From IMG/VR virus record IMGVR_UViG_3300045988_119994: 35,664 nt of DNA; one strand, given 5' to 3'. Made by a program: the position numbers and the translations under genes. This document shows positions 1 through 7,254 of the stretch, piece after piece. How positions within the stretch are numbered: position 1 is the stretch's first letter; every line of letters begins with the position of its first letter. This DNA comes from a virus. Lineage: Duplodnaviria; Heunggongvirae; Uroviricota; Caudoviricetes. The notes beneath the pieces are model-generated. The model saw only the letters and a list, made by a program, of their open reading frames with translations. It searched no databases and was not told the origin of the DNA.

Positions 1-77
1 ACTTCGAACGTCTGATGGAAGGCGCTAAACTGCTGAAATGTTCAGAGTTTGGTGATGCGATCATCAAGAACATGTAA
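1..77 (+). CDS. icd: isocitrate dehydrogenase, 3' end (partial; 5' part outside window)
   Basis: Frame-3 translation FERLMEGAKLLKCSEFGDAIIKNM* matches the conserved Icd C-terminus as recalled; stop TAA at 75-77; terminator follows. Confidence 0.8.
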   Translation, partial: FERLMEGAKLLKCSEFGDAIIKNM

Positions 78-100
78 TTACTACATGTGTTAAATATTGT

Positions 101-130
101 AACGGGCGTATAACACGCCCGTTGTTTTAT
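101..130 (+). terminator. rho-independent terminator downstream of icd
   Basis: 8-bp stem AACGGGCG / CGCCCGTT (101-108 / 116-123), 7-nt loop, then T-rich GTTTTAT. Confidence 0.6.
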
Positions 131-200
131 GTTAGTACGCTAACGGTTATCAAAATTTTATCAAAATTAGTTATCAAAACCCTTCTGGAAGATTCATGTT

Positions 201-815
201 ATGGACTGCATTTCAAAACAAAAATTCACAATTATTTTAATAGTGGTGTTAATTGCCTTGGGCTGTGCTGCTTATTTTGGAGATGGTGAAGGATATTTTA
301 TAGGTAGCTTTGTGCCTGAATTTACTGGAGTGTGCCTTGAGCTTCTTATTATTTTAAAGGTTTTTGAGGTCTGGCAGCAAAGAGATGAGAAAAGGAAGCT
401 TATTAAGGTTGAAAGACGATTAAGGGAGTTTCTTATTTTCTTTCTGAACCATACGTGCATGGATTTTCCTCCATCCTGCCGTCCAGGGCGTTTTTATGGA
501 ATTGACTATGAGCAAAATCAAAAAGCATTAGAAAAATTAATCAATCATATTGAAGAAAAAGGATTAGCTGAAAATCTTGTTATTCAAGTTCAAATGTATT
601 GTAAGAGTGAATGTCAAATTATAAATAATTTAATCCCAGTTTCTTCTGAGCTTGAAAATGATCACTTTAAATCATGGGTTCGGATTGCCTATTATATGAA
701 TGCCGTTGCTAATGGGCAAGAAAAGGCTAGTGTTGCAATGATTAAAATACTTGAAAATATAAAAAGATTTGATAAGGAATCTCATGATAAAAAACTTTAT
801 GTTGGTGCAAATTAG
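201..815 (+). CDS. hypothetical membrane protein (two N-terminal TM helices plus ~150-aa soluble domain); AT-rich cargo of decayed element
   Basis: 204-aa ORF with ATG at 201; hydrophobic segments at about residues 9-26 and 33-55; visibly AT-rich; no recognisable catalytic motif. Confidence 0.55.
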   Translation: MDCISKQKFTIILIVVLIALGCAAYFGDGEGYFIGSFVPEFTGVCLELLIILKVFEVWQQRDEKRKLIKVERRLREFLIFFLNHTCMDFPPSCRPGRFYGIDYEQNQKALEKLINHIEEKGLAENLVIQVQMYCKSECQIINNLIPVSSELENDHFKSWVRIAYYMNAVANGQEKASVAMIKILENIKRFDKESHDKKLYVGAN

Positions 816-821
816 ATAACA

Positions 822-1083
822 ATAGCTCAGTCTTTCCCTTGGTCATCATAGTGGTGAGCAGTTTGCTACTGGGTCTTATGGCCCAGTAGTTTTCTGGTAT
901 CAACCCCTTGTTCCTTGTAAAGACGCTCAGATAAAGAATTTTGTTCATGAAAAGTTGCTAGAGTTCATGTGCCCTGGTCATTTCCTGCCAAATCCCTCGC
1001 TTTAATGAAATTCACCGTCAACGAATTGGATTTAACCTGTGCACCACGCTCTGTCTGTGAAGTTAAACGGAAAAAATCATGTG
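822..1083 (-). pseudogene. integrase 3' fragment (remnant of an earlier e14-like element)
   Basis: Nucleotide similarity to the 3' ~260 bp of the intact integrase gene (2788-3050) with indels and frame disruptions; no intact ORF; similarity stops near 1083. Confidence 0.7.
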
Positions 1084-1113
1084 TCTAAAACGGATCTATT
1101 TACAGATTGCACT

Positions 1114-1254
1114 AAAGCCGTAGACCTGATTGTTAAAGGTATGGAAGGCGCAATCAACTCCAAGAGCGTAATCTATGACTTCTAACGCTAGATTGAGGTT
1201 ACTAATCTGCTGAAATGTTGAGAGTTTAGTAAATCAATCACAGAAAACATGTAA
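1114..1254 (+). pseudogene. degenerate duplicate of the icd 3' end (icdC-like displaced copy), part of att repeat copy 2
   Basis: Translates as ...[43 protein letters not shown], i.e. Icd C-terminus interrupted by in-frame stops at 1183, 1189 and 1222. Confidence 0.7.
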
Positions 1255-1335
1255 TTCACATTCTGGAATATGTGAGAACGGTAGTCTAGCGGTTCCAGTT
1301 TTTATTATTAGATTTTGAACGGTTATCAAAACAGG
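1114..1335. repeat. att-like direct repeat copy 2 (pseudo-icd 3' end plus AACGGTTATCAAAAC arm at 1318-1332)
   Basis: Same order of elements as copy 1 (icd-like tail, hairpin, GGTTATCAAAA arm), diverged. Confidence 0.55.
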
Positions 1336-1336
1336 T

Positions 1337-1801
1337 TCACTTTGATTCAATTTTGAAACTTTTTTTAACCACTAAAATCATGCAGCTAATCACTTCTGCA
1401 ATGAGGTTAAGAGATAGCACGATAGCAAAAAGTTCTAAAGCAGTAAATAGCTTGCCTTTAGAAGGGATAAATTCGTGCTGAGGATAATTTACTAGTGGTA
1501 TGTCATAATTACGTAAATAGGGAAGGAAGATTGTTACTGCCAGACACATGACCAGTAATTTCAAATCTAATTCTAAACTATCTAAATAGTCCGTAAAGTC
1601 TGTGCTTTTCTCGCCCTTATTAATGACAGCCAAAATTCCGAAGATAACGGAGATACCTGCGGCAATACCTCCAAGTATTGAACCTATTACTCCAGCAGAA
1701 GCCTGCTCAAGTAAGGTATAAATGGTTTTATCAGTCGATGCTAATGCTAAGCACAAAAAGAAGGTAGCTATAGCTTTAATCCAGACAGTTAGATTTTGCA
1801 T
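1337..1801 (-). CDS. small four-TM membrane protein (second gene of cargo operon; candidate effector)
   Basis: 154-aa ORF; four hydrophobic helices (about residues 7-22, 37-60, 81-96, 118-145); start overlaps the upstream gene by 26 nt; AT-rich. Confidence 0.7.
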   Translation of the reverse strand: MQNLTVWIKAIATFFLCLALASTDKTIYTLLEQASAGVIGSILGGIAAGISVIFGILAVINKGEKSTDFTDYLDSLELDLKLLVMCLAVTIFLPYLRNYDIPLVNYPQHEFIPSKGKLFTALELFAIVLSLNLIAEVISCMILVVKKSFKIESK

Positions 1802-2672
1802 TTTTGAACGTATACCTGTTTTGATGTAATGCTATGATCTCTTTAATATCATTTGCTGAGTAGCCATCAAGTTCAATTTCTGATATCTCACCTTCGATCA
1901 GCACGATTTTGGCTGTCTGATTACTGGATACCGTAGTAGATTTTGACTTGAGTGTCTTACGTCCTTTAATCAACCATGACCCGCCACCATCTTTGACCCA
2001 GTCAACAAGAGTCTCAGCCCAATGAGAACCTTTGAGTTTCAAATTGCCATCTTTGTTTTCAAAAATAGTGGTCACAGTATTTGCATTGGTATCTTTTTCA
2101 AGCTTCCGTAAATCATTGGTTAACGCTTGCTTACTGCTTCCGAAGATATTCGGAGTAATCAGCGTAAAGCTGACTTTGTCGATAAATTGAAGCCTATGGT
2201 ATTCTGACCAAAAATCTTCCATTTCAAGACAAGGCTCTATAAATATTCTAAGTCCTAACTGAGCCAAATAGTCGTTATTGGCTAGATCTTCAAACGCTTT
2301 AGCAACTTGTTGCGCATCCTTGAAAACAGCGGTTTTCCTCTCAACCAGTAACACCTGCTCTACTTTGTCCCAAATCCATACGATAGGTGGATAGTTGTCT
2401 ACATCGTACTCTCGAAAGTCTTTATCATGTCCTTTAATCTTTTGCAGCTTTGATATGACTCCAGCCATAACACCATCAGTAGGTTTTATGCTCAATTTCA
2501 GGGTGTAACTAGTTTTCTTATGAACGGAAGGTGTTGATGACGTCATGTGTAAATTTTTTGCAGCGATAACCATAGCATTTTCAAAATGAGAGATATCTTT
2601 CTGAACAGTTCCTTTCGAAAAGAGGTCTGGATCGCGCGGTCTCATTAACACACGTAAGGCATACAACTGCAT
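1776..2672 (-). CDS. hypothetical 298-aa soluble protein (first gene of cargo operon; candidate sensor)
   Basis: ATG at 2672 with AGGAG 7 nt upstream; AT-rich; no HExxH, no GS..DxD nucleotidyltransferase motif and no obvious Walker A; possible D-x8-E-R-K nuclease-like motif is speculative. Confidence 0.7.
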   Translation of the reverse strand: MQLYALRVLMRPRDPDLFSKGTVQKDISHFENAMVIAAKNLHMTSSTPSVHKKTSYTLKLSIKPTDGVMAGVISKLQKIKGHDKDFREYDVDNYPPIVWIWDKVEQVLLVERKTAVFKDAQQVAKAFEDLANNDYLAQLGLRIFIEPCLEMEDFWSEYHRLQFIDKVSFTLITPNIFGSSKQALTNDLRKLEKDTNANTVTTIFENKDGNLKLKGSHWAETLVDWVKDGGGSWLIKGRKTLKSKSTTVSSNQTAKIVLIEGEISEIELDGYSANDIKEIIALHQNRYTFKNAKSNCLD

Positions 2673-2701
2673 AAGAAAACTCCTGTAAACTATTTGGTTT
2701 C

Positions 2702-2776
2702 ATTATTCCATAAAACCAAGCACTTTCAAGAGCTTAATTTTCTTTCAATTCTGTATGCATATACAGTATCATTCAA
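2702..2776 (-). promoter_or_regulatory. candidate sigma70 promoters for the cargo operon (TTGAAT-N17-CAGAAT overlapping the LexA box; TTGAAA-N16-AATAAT downstream)
   Basis: Minus-strand hexamers: -35 at 2771-2776 with -10 at 2748-2753; second pair -35 at 2724-2729 with -10 at 2702-2707. Confidence 0.35.
2751..2766. promoter_or_regulatory. LexA (SOS) box CTGTATGCATATACAG upstream of the cargo operon
   Basis: Exact CTGT-N8-ACAG palindrome with AT-rich centre (6/8 match to ATATATAT); 12 bp downstream of intE stop, 79 bp upstream of the operon start; no other such match found in the intergenic regions checked. Confidence 0.5.
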
Positions 2777-2787
2777 TTTTGTAAAAT

Positions 2788-3915
2788 TCAAACCTTGATT
2801 TTTGCCCATTCCTTACCACGATCATCATGGTATTTAGCTGTCTGGTTAGGCGATTTATGTCCCAGAAGTTTTTGGGTGTCGACGCCCTGAGCTTCGTAAA
2901 GTCGCTCAGATAAAGATCTTTGTTCATGGAATGTGGCGGGCGAACCTTCACCCCAGTCAATGCCTGCTAAATCCCTCGCTTTACTGAAATTCATCGTCAA
3001 TGTATTGGCTTTTACTTGCGCGCCACGTTCAGCCTGTGAAGTAGTACGAAAAAAATGTACAAGGTATGGGCTGACTGCATAGTCACGGCAGCGGGCTACT
3101 ACATCGCGTAAACTCCAGTTAATTGCATTGAGGCGAAGGGAAAGCGGGATGGCGATTTTGCTCCCGGTTTTTTCTTGGATGACGTGAAGATGATCATCCC
3201 AAATATCGCTAAATTTCATACGTGAGATATCACCTAACCGTTGGCCGGTAACCAGTGCTAACAGCATGGCATTCCCCATATAACGATGGCGGGCATCTGC
3301 GATATCAAAGATTTTTTGCCATTCTTCAAGACTTAACCGTTGTCGGGTAATTTTTCTTCTGGGTTGTTTGGTTGCCAGTGCTGGATTATAGCCCGGAGGG
3401 ACTTCCCCATAGTGTTGTGCCTCCTTGAATACATCAATTAGAACGGAGCGGACTACTTGCGCCATCCTCGGTTGCCCGGCAGTGATATACTCGTCAAGTA
3501 ATTGTGCTATATCCCTTACATCAACTGATGAAATTAATTTCATTCCTGCTCGTTCCCTGAGCAAGGATACTGGTTTGGCTTTCTGTTTATAGGTGTTTAG
3601 CTTTATATCGCCACTTTCCAGTCTGTCATCCTGGATTGCTTGATAGCGATCTAACCAGGTTGACGTTGTGATTGCTTTTCCTTTGCTGGTTGCGATCCTG
3701 TCACTGATAGCCAGAATCTGCCGGGTTCTTTGCTCAGCCAGGCGTGAATTTGCCTCAGTGGCAATAGCAATGGCTTCAGCTTCGTTTGTGCCTAAAGAAT
3801 GAAACTTCCCGGTCACTGGATGTTTATATCGCCAATAGACTTTATTTACTTTTCTACTATAAAGCGGATACAAGTTCGGGACTGAAACATTATTTTTACG
3901 TGGTCTGGCTGCCAT
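2788..3915 (-). CDS. intE: tyrosine integrase (lambda-integrase family), e14 IntE-like
   Basis: 375-aa ORF next to the icd-derived att; C-terminal catalytic region with conserved Arg, HxxR (HEQRS) and Tyr (YHDDRG); 5' end overlaps xis by 20 nt; size matches e14 IntE as recalled. Confidence 0.9.
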   Translation of the reverse strand: MAARPRKNNVSVPNLYPLYSRKVNKVYWRYKHPVTGKFHSLGTNEAEAIAIATEANSRLAEQRTRQILAISDRIATSKGKAITTSTWLDRYQAIQDDRLESGDIKLNTYKQKAKPVSLLRERAGMKLISSVDVRDIAQLLDEYITAGQPRMAQVVRSVLIDVFKEAQHYGEVPPGYNPALATKQPRRKITRQRLSLEEWQKIFDIADARHRYMGNAMLLALVTGQRLGDISRMKFSDIWDDHLHVIQEKTGSKIAIPLSLRLNAINWSLRDVVARCRDYAVSPYLVHFFRTTSQAERGAQVKANTLTMNFSKARDLAGIDWGEGSPATFHEQRSLSERLYEAQGVDTQKLLGHKSPNQTAKYHDDRGKEWAKIKV

Positions 3916-4141
3916 TACTTAAAATCCTTTGTAGAATAATAGAATCATTTTTCTTGATGACAGGAGTAACTAATTCCCCAACTAACTCTGCGTCCTCACG
4001 CACTCGCCATAGTCGACCTTGTTTCATTGCCGGTGGACAAAATAAATTCTGCTTAGCATAACGACGCAATGTGGACACGCTTGGAGGATTACTTCTGTAT
4101 TTTTCCGCAGCCCATTCCTCAAGTGTCAGCATTTGAAGCAT
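3896..4141 (-). CDS. xis: excisionase (lambda Xis-like)
   Basis: MLQMLTLEEW...FCPPAMKQGRLWRV resembles lambda Xis (MYLTLQEW...); start chosen at Met6 of the track ORF (GAGG 9 nt upstream) giving 81 aa; alternative starts at 4156 and 4132. Confidence 0.75.
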   Translation of the reverse strand: MLQMLTLEEWAAEKYRSNPPSVSTLRRYAKQNLFCPPAMKQGRLWRVREDAELVGELVTPVIKKNDSIILQRILSNGSQTT

Positions 4142-4184
4142 TTTTGATAACCTCATTTCTTTTGCTACAAAACTATTTCACTAG

Positions 4185-4733
4185 TTAATTTCGCTGTCTG
4201 GATTGTTTATGCATCTTATGCAGCTCTTTAAAGCGTTCCATAAACATCCCGTAGGCATGGCCCGGTGCCAGTGGAATCACGTTGAACATATCTGTTGCCG
4301 GGATGCCTTCCAGTACAGGCCAGAAAGAGCCATCATCAAGCCCGAGATCGCGGCGTTCGGTTGCCAGCATGATGAGATCGGCATATTTCACGGGCGTACT
4401 CATAACCGGGGGTAACCCGTATTTCTCACGGATTACGGCGTCTATTTTTTCTTCCATCTGTTTATAGTCAGGAAGAAGGCGTTTCAGTGGAGCGGGGATG
4501 TCCTGGCAATACACTTCTGTTGCATCATGCATTAACGCTTCAAAAGCAAATTCCTGCGGTACCAGTTGGCTGCAAAGAACCGCATGTTGGGCGACGCTGT
4601 AGAAGTGTGAAAGATGTCCTGCAAAGCGACAGATATTTGAAAGGGAAAACGCGATATCGTTAATAACGATATCGTCTTTATTTATCCTGTCATAATAAAA
4701 ATGCTTCCCAGAAAAAGTTTTAATAAATGACAT
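4185..4733 (-). CDS. yfdR: HD-domain 5'-deoxynucleotidase, YfdR/YfbR-like
   Basis: SVAQHAV...MHDATEVYCQDIPAP motif (His...HD...E...D) typical of YfbR/YfdR family; ATG at 4733 with GGAGAA SD; 182 aa; synteny with YfdQ- and YfdP-like genes. Confidence 0.75.
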   Translation of the reverse strand: MSFIKTFSGKHFYYDRINKDDIVINDIAFSLSNICRFAGHLSHFYSVAQHAVLCSQLVPQEFAFEALMHDATEVYCQDIPAPLKRLLPDYKQMEEKIDAVIREKYGLPPVMSTPVKYADLIMLATERRDLGLDDGSFWPVLEGIPATDMFNVIPLAPGHAYGMFMERFKELHKMHKQSRQRN

Positions 4734-4827
4734 TTTGTTCTCCACGTTATTTGCGCTGCACCGCACTGAATTCTGGTAAAAGGAAGCCCTCACCATCCGG
4801 CGATTATTGAGTTAATTACGTTTCCAT

Positions 4828-4849
4828 AAATGCCCCCGCAGGGGCATTT
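4828..4849. other. perfect 9-bp hairpin AAATGCCCC-CGCA-GGGGCATTT between yfdQ-like and yfdR-like genes
   Basis: Inverted repeat read directly; no clear U-tract on either strand, so terminator function is uncertain. Confidence 0.45.
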
Positions 4850-4861
4850 GCAGTAATCAAA

Positions 4862-5686
4862 TCAGGCGGTGAAAGTACCAATAAAGGTTTCTACTTTGCT
4901 GTCTTTGAATTTCTCAACAAGCAGATCGCGAAATTCGTTAGCCATTTCTTCCTGCACCGCCTCCAGCTGAATAATGCGCAGAACAAGTACAGGACGATCG
5001 CCAGTGATAATGCTGAGGCGTAATTTAAAAGAACGTTCTTTCAGACCTTCAAACGGAACGCATTTAAATTCAAATGCCACTGGCATAATGTCTTTGGTCT
5101 TCGCTTCGACAGACTCCATCAGGGAGCGTTTGCCGCTGAAGTCATTGTCTTCAAAATCAGCAGTCTGGTTCGCTTCAATTGTGATTTTACGGATCGCCGC
5201 AGCCGCTTTGGTTGCCTGAATGGCGTCACCATTAGCATCAAAGCCCACAAGGTTGTCGGCCCAGTCTTCAATCCATTCTGCCAGTGATTTCTGGGAGTTA
5301 CGCTCGCCGTGAACAGACAACAGAGCAGAGAACGGTGCTGTCTTTTTCAGTTTGAGAGTGGCGGTGTTATCTGCGTGGCCTGGTTCATCAATAGTACCCA
5401 GGTTAAGCACACTGACGGCACGCATATTATCAGCATCGATAAAGCAGCGGGTGCCTTCATCTGCAAGATCTTTAGAATAACGGGTAAAGTCATCAATGCT
5501 GGCAGTGGAAAGCGCACCACGGAAACGGAAGCGATTTAAATTAAATTTTTCCAGGTCATGAATGCGGAAATTCTCAGGCAATGCCACAGCATCGGCACCA
5601 ATCTTACTGATAATTTCATTAACACCCTGAGCAGAAATAAGGGCATGGATTTGATTAATTGCGGTTGCGTCTAAGTTCTGAGACAT
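4862..5686 (-). CDS. yfdQ: conserved prophage early protein, YfdQ-like (DUF2303 family as recalled)
   Basis: 274-aa ORF, GAGGA SD upstream of ATG at 5686; size and position between YfdP-like and YfdR-like genes match the CPS-53 yfdP-yfdQ-yfdR arrangement; identification from memory. Confidence 0.65.
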   Translation of the reverse strand: MSQNLDATAINQIHALISAQGVNEIISKIGADAVALPENFRIHDLEKFNLNRFRFRGALSTASIDDFTRYSKDLADEGTRCFIDADNMRAVSVLNLGTIDEPGHADNTATLKLKKTAPFSALLSVHGERNSQKSLAEWIEDWADNLVGFDANGDAIQATKAAAAIRKITIEANQTADFEDNDFSGKRSLMESVEAKTKDIMPVAFEFKCVPFEGLKERSFKLRLSIITGDRPVLVLRIIQLEAVQEEMANEFRDLLVEKFKDSKVETFIGTFTA

Positions 5687-5751
5687 AATAAGTCCTCACT
5701 ATATAAAGATATTCAGTGATGAGATAAATAATCAGTTAATTAAAAACGATA

Positions 5752-6114
5752 TTAACGACCTGCTGCGCGGAGTTTTCCGTCAGGTTCACCGGCAAGAGTC
5801 AGTAACTGTCCCTGGTCTTCCTGCAGAATAGTCAGGCGACCACCGCGATTGACATACATCGGCGTTTCGGTGGTGTCTTCTTCGGAAATTTTCCCGCGGT
5901 TAGTCGGGCGAACATATGAGAGTTTGTGTTTGATTTTCACACGGTTCTCATCAAATGGTTCGATTTCCAGGTTGAGTGAGACCTTACCTTTGGTTTTCGT
6001 GTTCATCACACCGGAAGCGACTTCACTGAGAACTGCGCCGATTTTGGTTTCAAATACGCCGCCGTCCAGCTCCCCGATAAATGCCTGCACATCAGTACTG
6101 CGTTCGCTAGCCAT
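5752..6114 (-). CDS. yfdP: conserved prophage early protein, YfdP-like
   Basis: 120-aa ORF from ATG at 6114 with GAGGAG SD (track ORF extends N-terminally through GC-rich sequence, judged non-coding); synteny as above; symbol tentative. Confidence 0.6.
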   Translation of the reverse strand: MASERSTDVQAFIGELDGGVFETKIGAVLSEVASGVMNTKTKGKVSLNLEIEPFDENRVKIKHKLSYVRPTNRGKISEEDTTETPMYVNRGGRLTILQEDQGQLLTLAGEPDGKLRAAGR

Positions 6115-6162
6115 TTTGCTGCTCCTCATCATATCGACCCTGCAAGGCCGATTAGTTTCTCC

Positions 6163-6251
6163 ACAAAACAGAGAAGAACACCTGCGGTGGCAGCCGCCAG
6201 GATGGATTGGGTTATGAGCCCGTCGTCCGGTGATGCTCTTCTCTGTTTTGT
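6163..6251. other. long inverted repeat (17/18 bp arms, 53-nt loop) inside a GC-rich non-coding stretch
   Basis: ACAAAACAGAGAAGAACA at 6163-6180 pairs with TGCTCTTCTCTGTTTTGT at 6234-6251; A-tract before and T-tract after. Confidence 0.5.
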
Positions 6252-6515
6252 AAAAAGGACGGTACCAGCCGGAAGCAAGGGTACAAACTGGTACCGCCAG
6301 GACTACACACAGCATAAAGTTGTGGTGCCGGGTGCCTCCCGGTGCCTGGCGAAGGTTGCACACCAGGCGGGTGGGTATCCACAGAAGGTCGACTGTCAGC
6401 CTCAACCTTAACCCGCGTGCGCTGAGCCGCATTCACCACAACGCTAAGGATTCTCTCTGGTTGAAAATACTTAGCTGTTATGTGCCTGCTTTTAGCCACA
6501 TCAGGCGAGGTGGAC

Positions 6516-6567
6516 CTGGTTATTCCCCAACAACAAGGATTCGGTTAATCTGGTTATCCCCAACAAC
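6516..6567. repeat. two direct repeats CTGGTTAT(T)CCCCAACAAC immediately upstream of the 6583 ORF
   Basis: Copies at 6516-6534 and 6550-6567, 34 bp apart; possible regulator-binding sites. Confidence 0.5.
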
Positions 6568-6582
6568 GCAAAAGGAAAAGAA

Positions 6583-7017
6583 ATGTCCGGTAATATCTAT
6601 ACGCTGTACAAATCCCACTGTGAAAATGTTGGAAAGTATCGGGGCATTGAAATCAGTGGGGTAGTGTCATCAGTCGAAATAAGCAAAGTTGAATCAAGGG
6701 CAACATTACTTACTCTTTTGGACCTTGTCTTACATGAGCACCGGAAGAAATTCGGCACTCCCTATAATCAGTTGAATGGGAAAAAGGCTCTGGTTCACCT
6801 TATTCTGATGAAGCATCACTGGATGCCAAAACAGATTAATGAGATGAAATTTGATGAACTTCTTCTTTCAATTCAGGATGAACTCACACTTGATAAAATA
6901 AGCGTAACCGCCCAGAAATTTTTAGATTATCGAGACTGGAGATCACAAATTCATCACTTTGATGATTTTGACGAAAATGAATGGGATCCTAATTTGTCTG
7001 CACAATATCTAAAGTAA
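6583..7017 (+). CDS. hypothetical protein (immunity-region gene opposing the early-left operon)
   Basis: 144-aa ORF, AGGA SD 7 nt upstream of ATG; AT-richer than flanks; no recognisable motif. Confidence 0.5.
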   Translation: MSGNIYTLYKSHCENVGKYRGIEISGVVSSVEISKVESRATLLTLLDLVLHEHRKKFGTPYNQLNGKKALVHLILMKHHWMPKQINEMKFDELLLSIQDELTLDKISVTAQKFLDYRDWRSQIHHFDDFDENEWDPNLSAQYLK

Positions 7018-7195
7018 CATCCTGTGATAAAACCGTGATTTCCTGATCCAGTTTTTTTAAGGAGTCTATTGTTTCCTGTCGATAAGACAGCACTTCACGA
7101 AGCTGGTTTATAGCTGCCAGCTTCTTTGTCATCCACTCATAAATTTCCTCATCTGTGTAGCCAGGCGCGACGATTTTGGGTTCTGTTTTGTGCAT
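6989..7195 (-). CDS. hypothetical small protein, first gene of the leftward early operon
   Basis: 68-aa ORF from ATG at 7195 with GAGGAG SD; not arginine-rich so not obviously N-like; 3' end overlaps the convergent 6583 ORF by 29 nt. Confidence 0.45.
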   Translation of the reverse strand: MHKTEPKIVAPGYTDEEIYEWMTKKLAAINQLREVLSYRQETIDSLKKLDQEITVLSQDVTLDIVQTN

Positions 7196-7254
7196 TTCAC
7201 ATCTCCTCAAGTTATCAGTTACTTGTTGATGGGGACCAGATTGTTAAAGAGCTA

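Larger units (their letters stand above)
1..180. repeat. att-like direct repeat copy 1 (icd 3' end plus downstream arm with 3x TTATCAAAA at 147-155, 158-166, 171-179)
   Basis: Repeated again in degenerate form at 1114-1335; TATCAAAATTTTA fits the IHF consensus WATCAANNNNTTR; location is typical of attachment-site arms. Confidence 0.55.
78..1113. mobile_element. decayed remnant of an earlier integrated element (cargo gene plus integrase fragment) between two att-like repeats
   Basis: Bounded by functional icd 3' end and pseudo-icd copy; contains only a 204-aa cargo ORF and a 3' integrase fragment. Confidence 0.5.

Noticed and set aside
742-948. 68-aa minus-strand ORF inside the integrase fragment (and the similar 2769-2960 ORF inside intE)
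   Set aside because: Both are out-of-frame readings of integrase 3' sequence; their mutual similarity just reflects the nucleotide similarity of remnant and intact integrase.
1776-2672. Possibility that the 298-aa cargo protein is Lit (the abortive-infection protease found in this slot in K-12 e14, 297 aa)
   Set aside because: No HExxH zinc-metalloprotease motif anywhere in the protein; size match alone is insufficient.
1337-2672. CBASS/Pycsar-like cyclase plus membrane effector interpretation of the two-gene operon
   Set aside because: The 298-aa protein lacks an N-terminal GS...DxD nucleotidyltransferase motif (the only GSS lies mid-protein without following acidic pair); architecture alone does not support it.
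6115-6582. Retron msr/msd non-coding RNA
   Set aside because: Long inverted repeat is present, but arms are only 53 nt apart and no reverse transcriptase gene is adjacent.
6187-6664. Three mutually overlapping track ORFs (6187-6411 plus, 6212-6499 minus, 6320-6664 plus) in the GC-rich stretch
   Set aside because: Overlap in different frames, lack SD sequences and encode Arg/Pro/Gly-rich low-complexity peptides typical of chance ORFs in GC-rich DNA; region interpreted as structured non-coding sequence.
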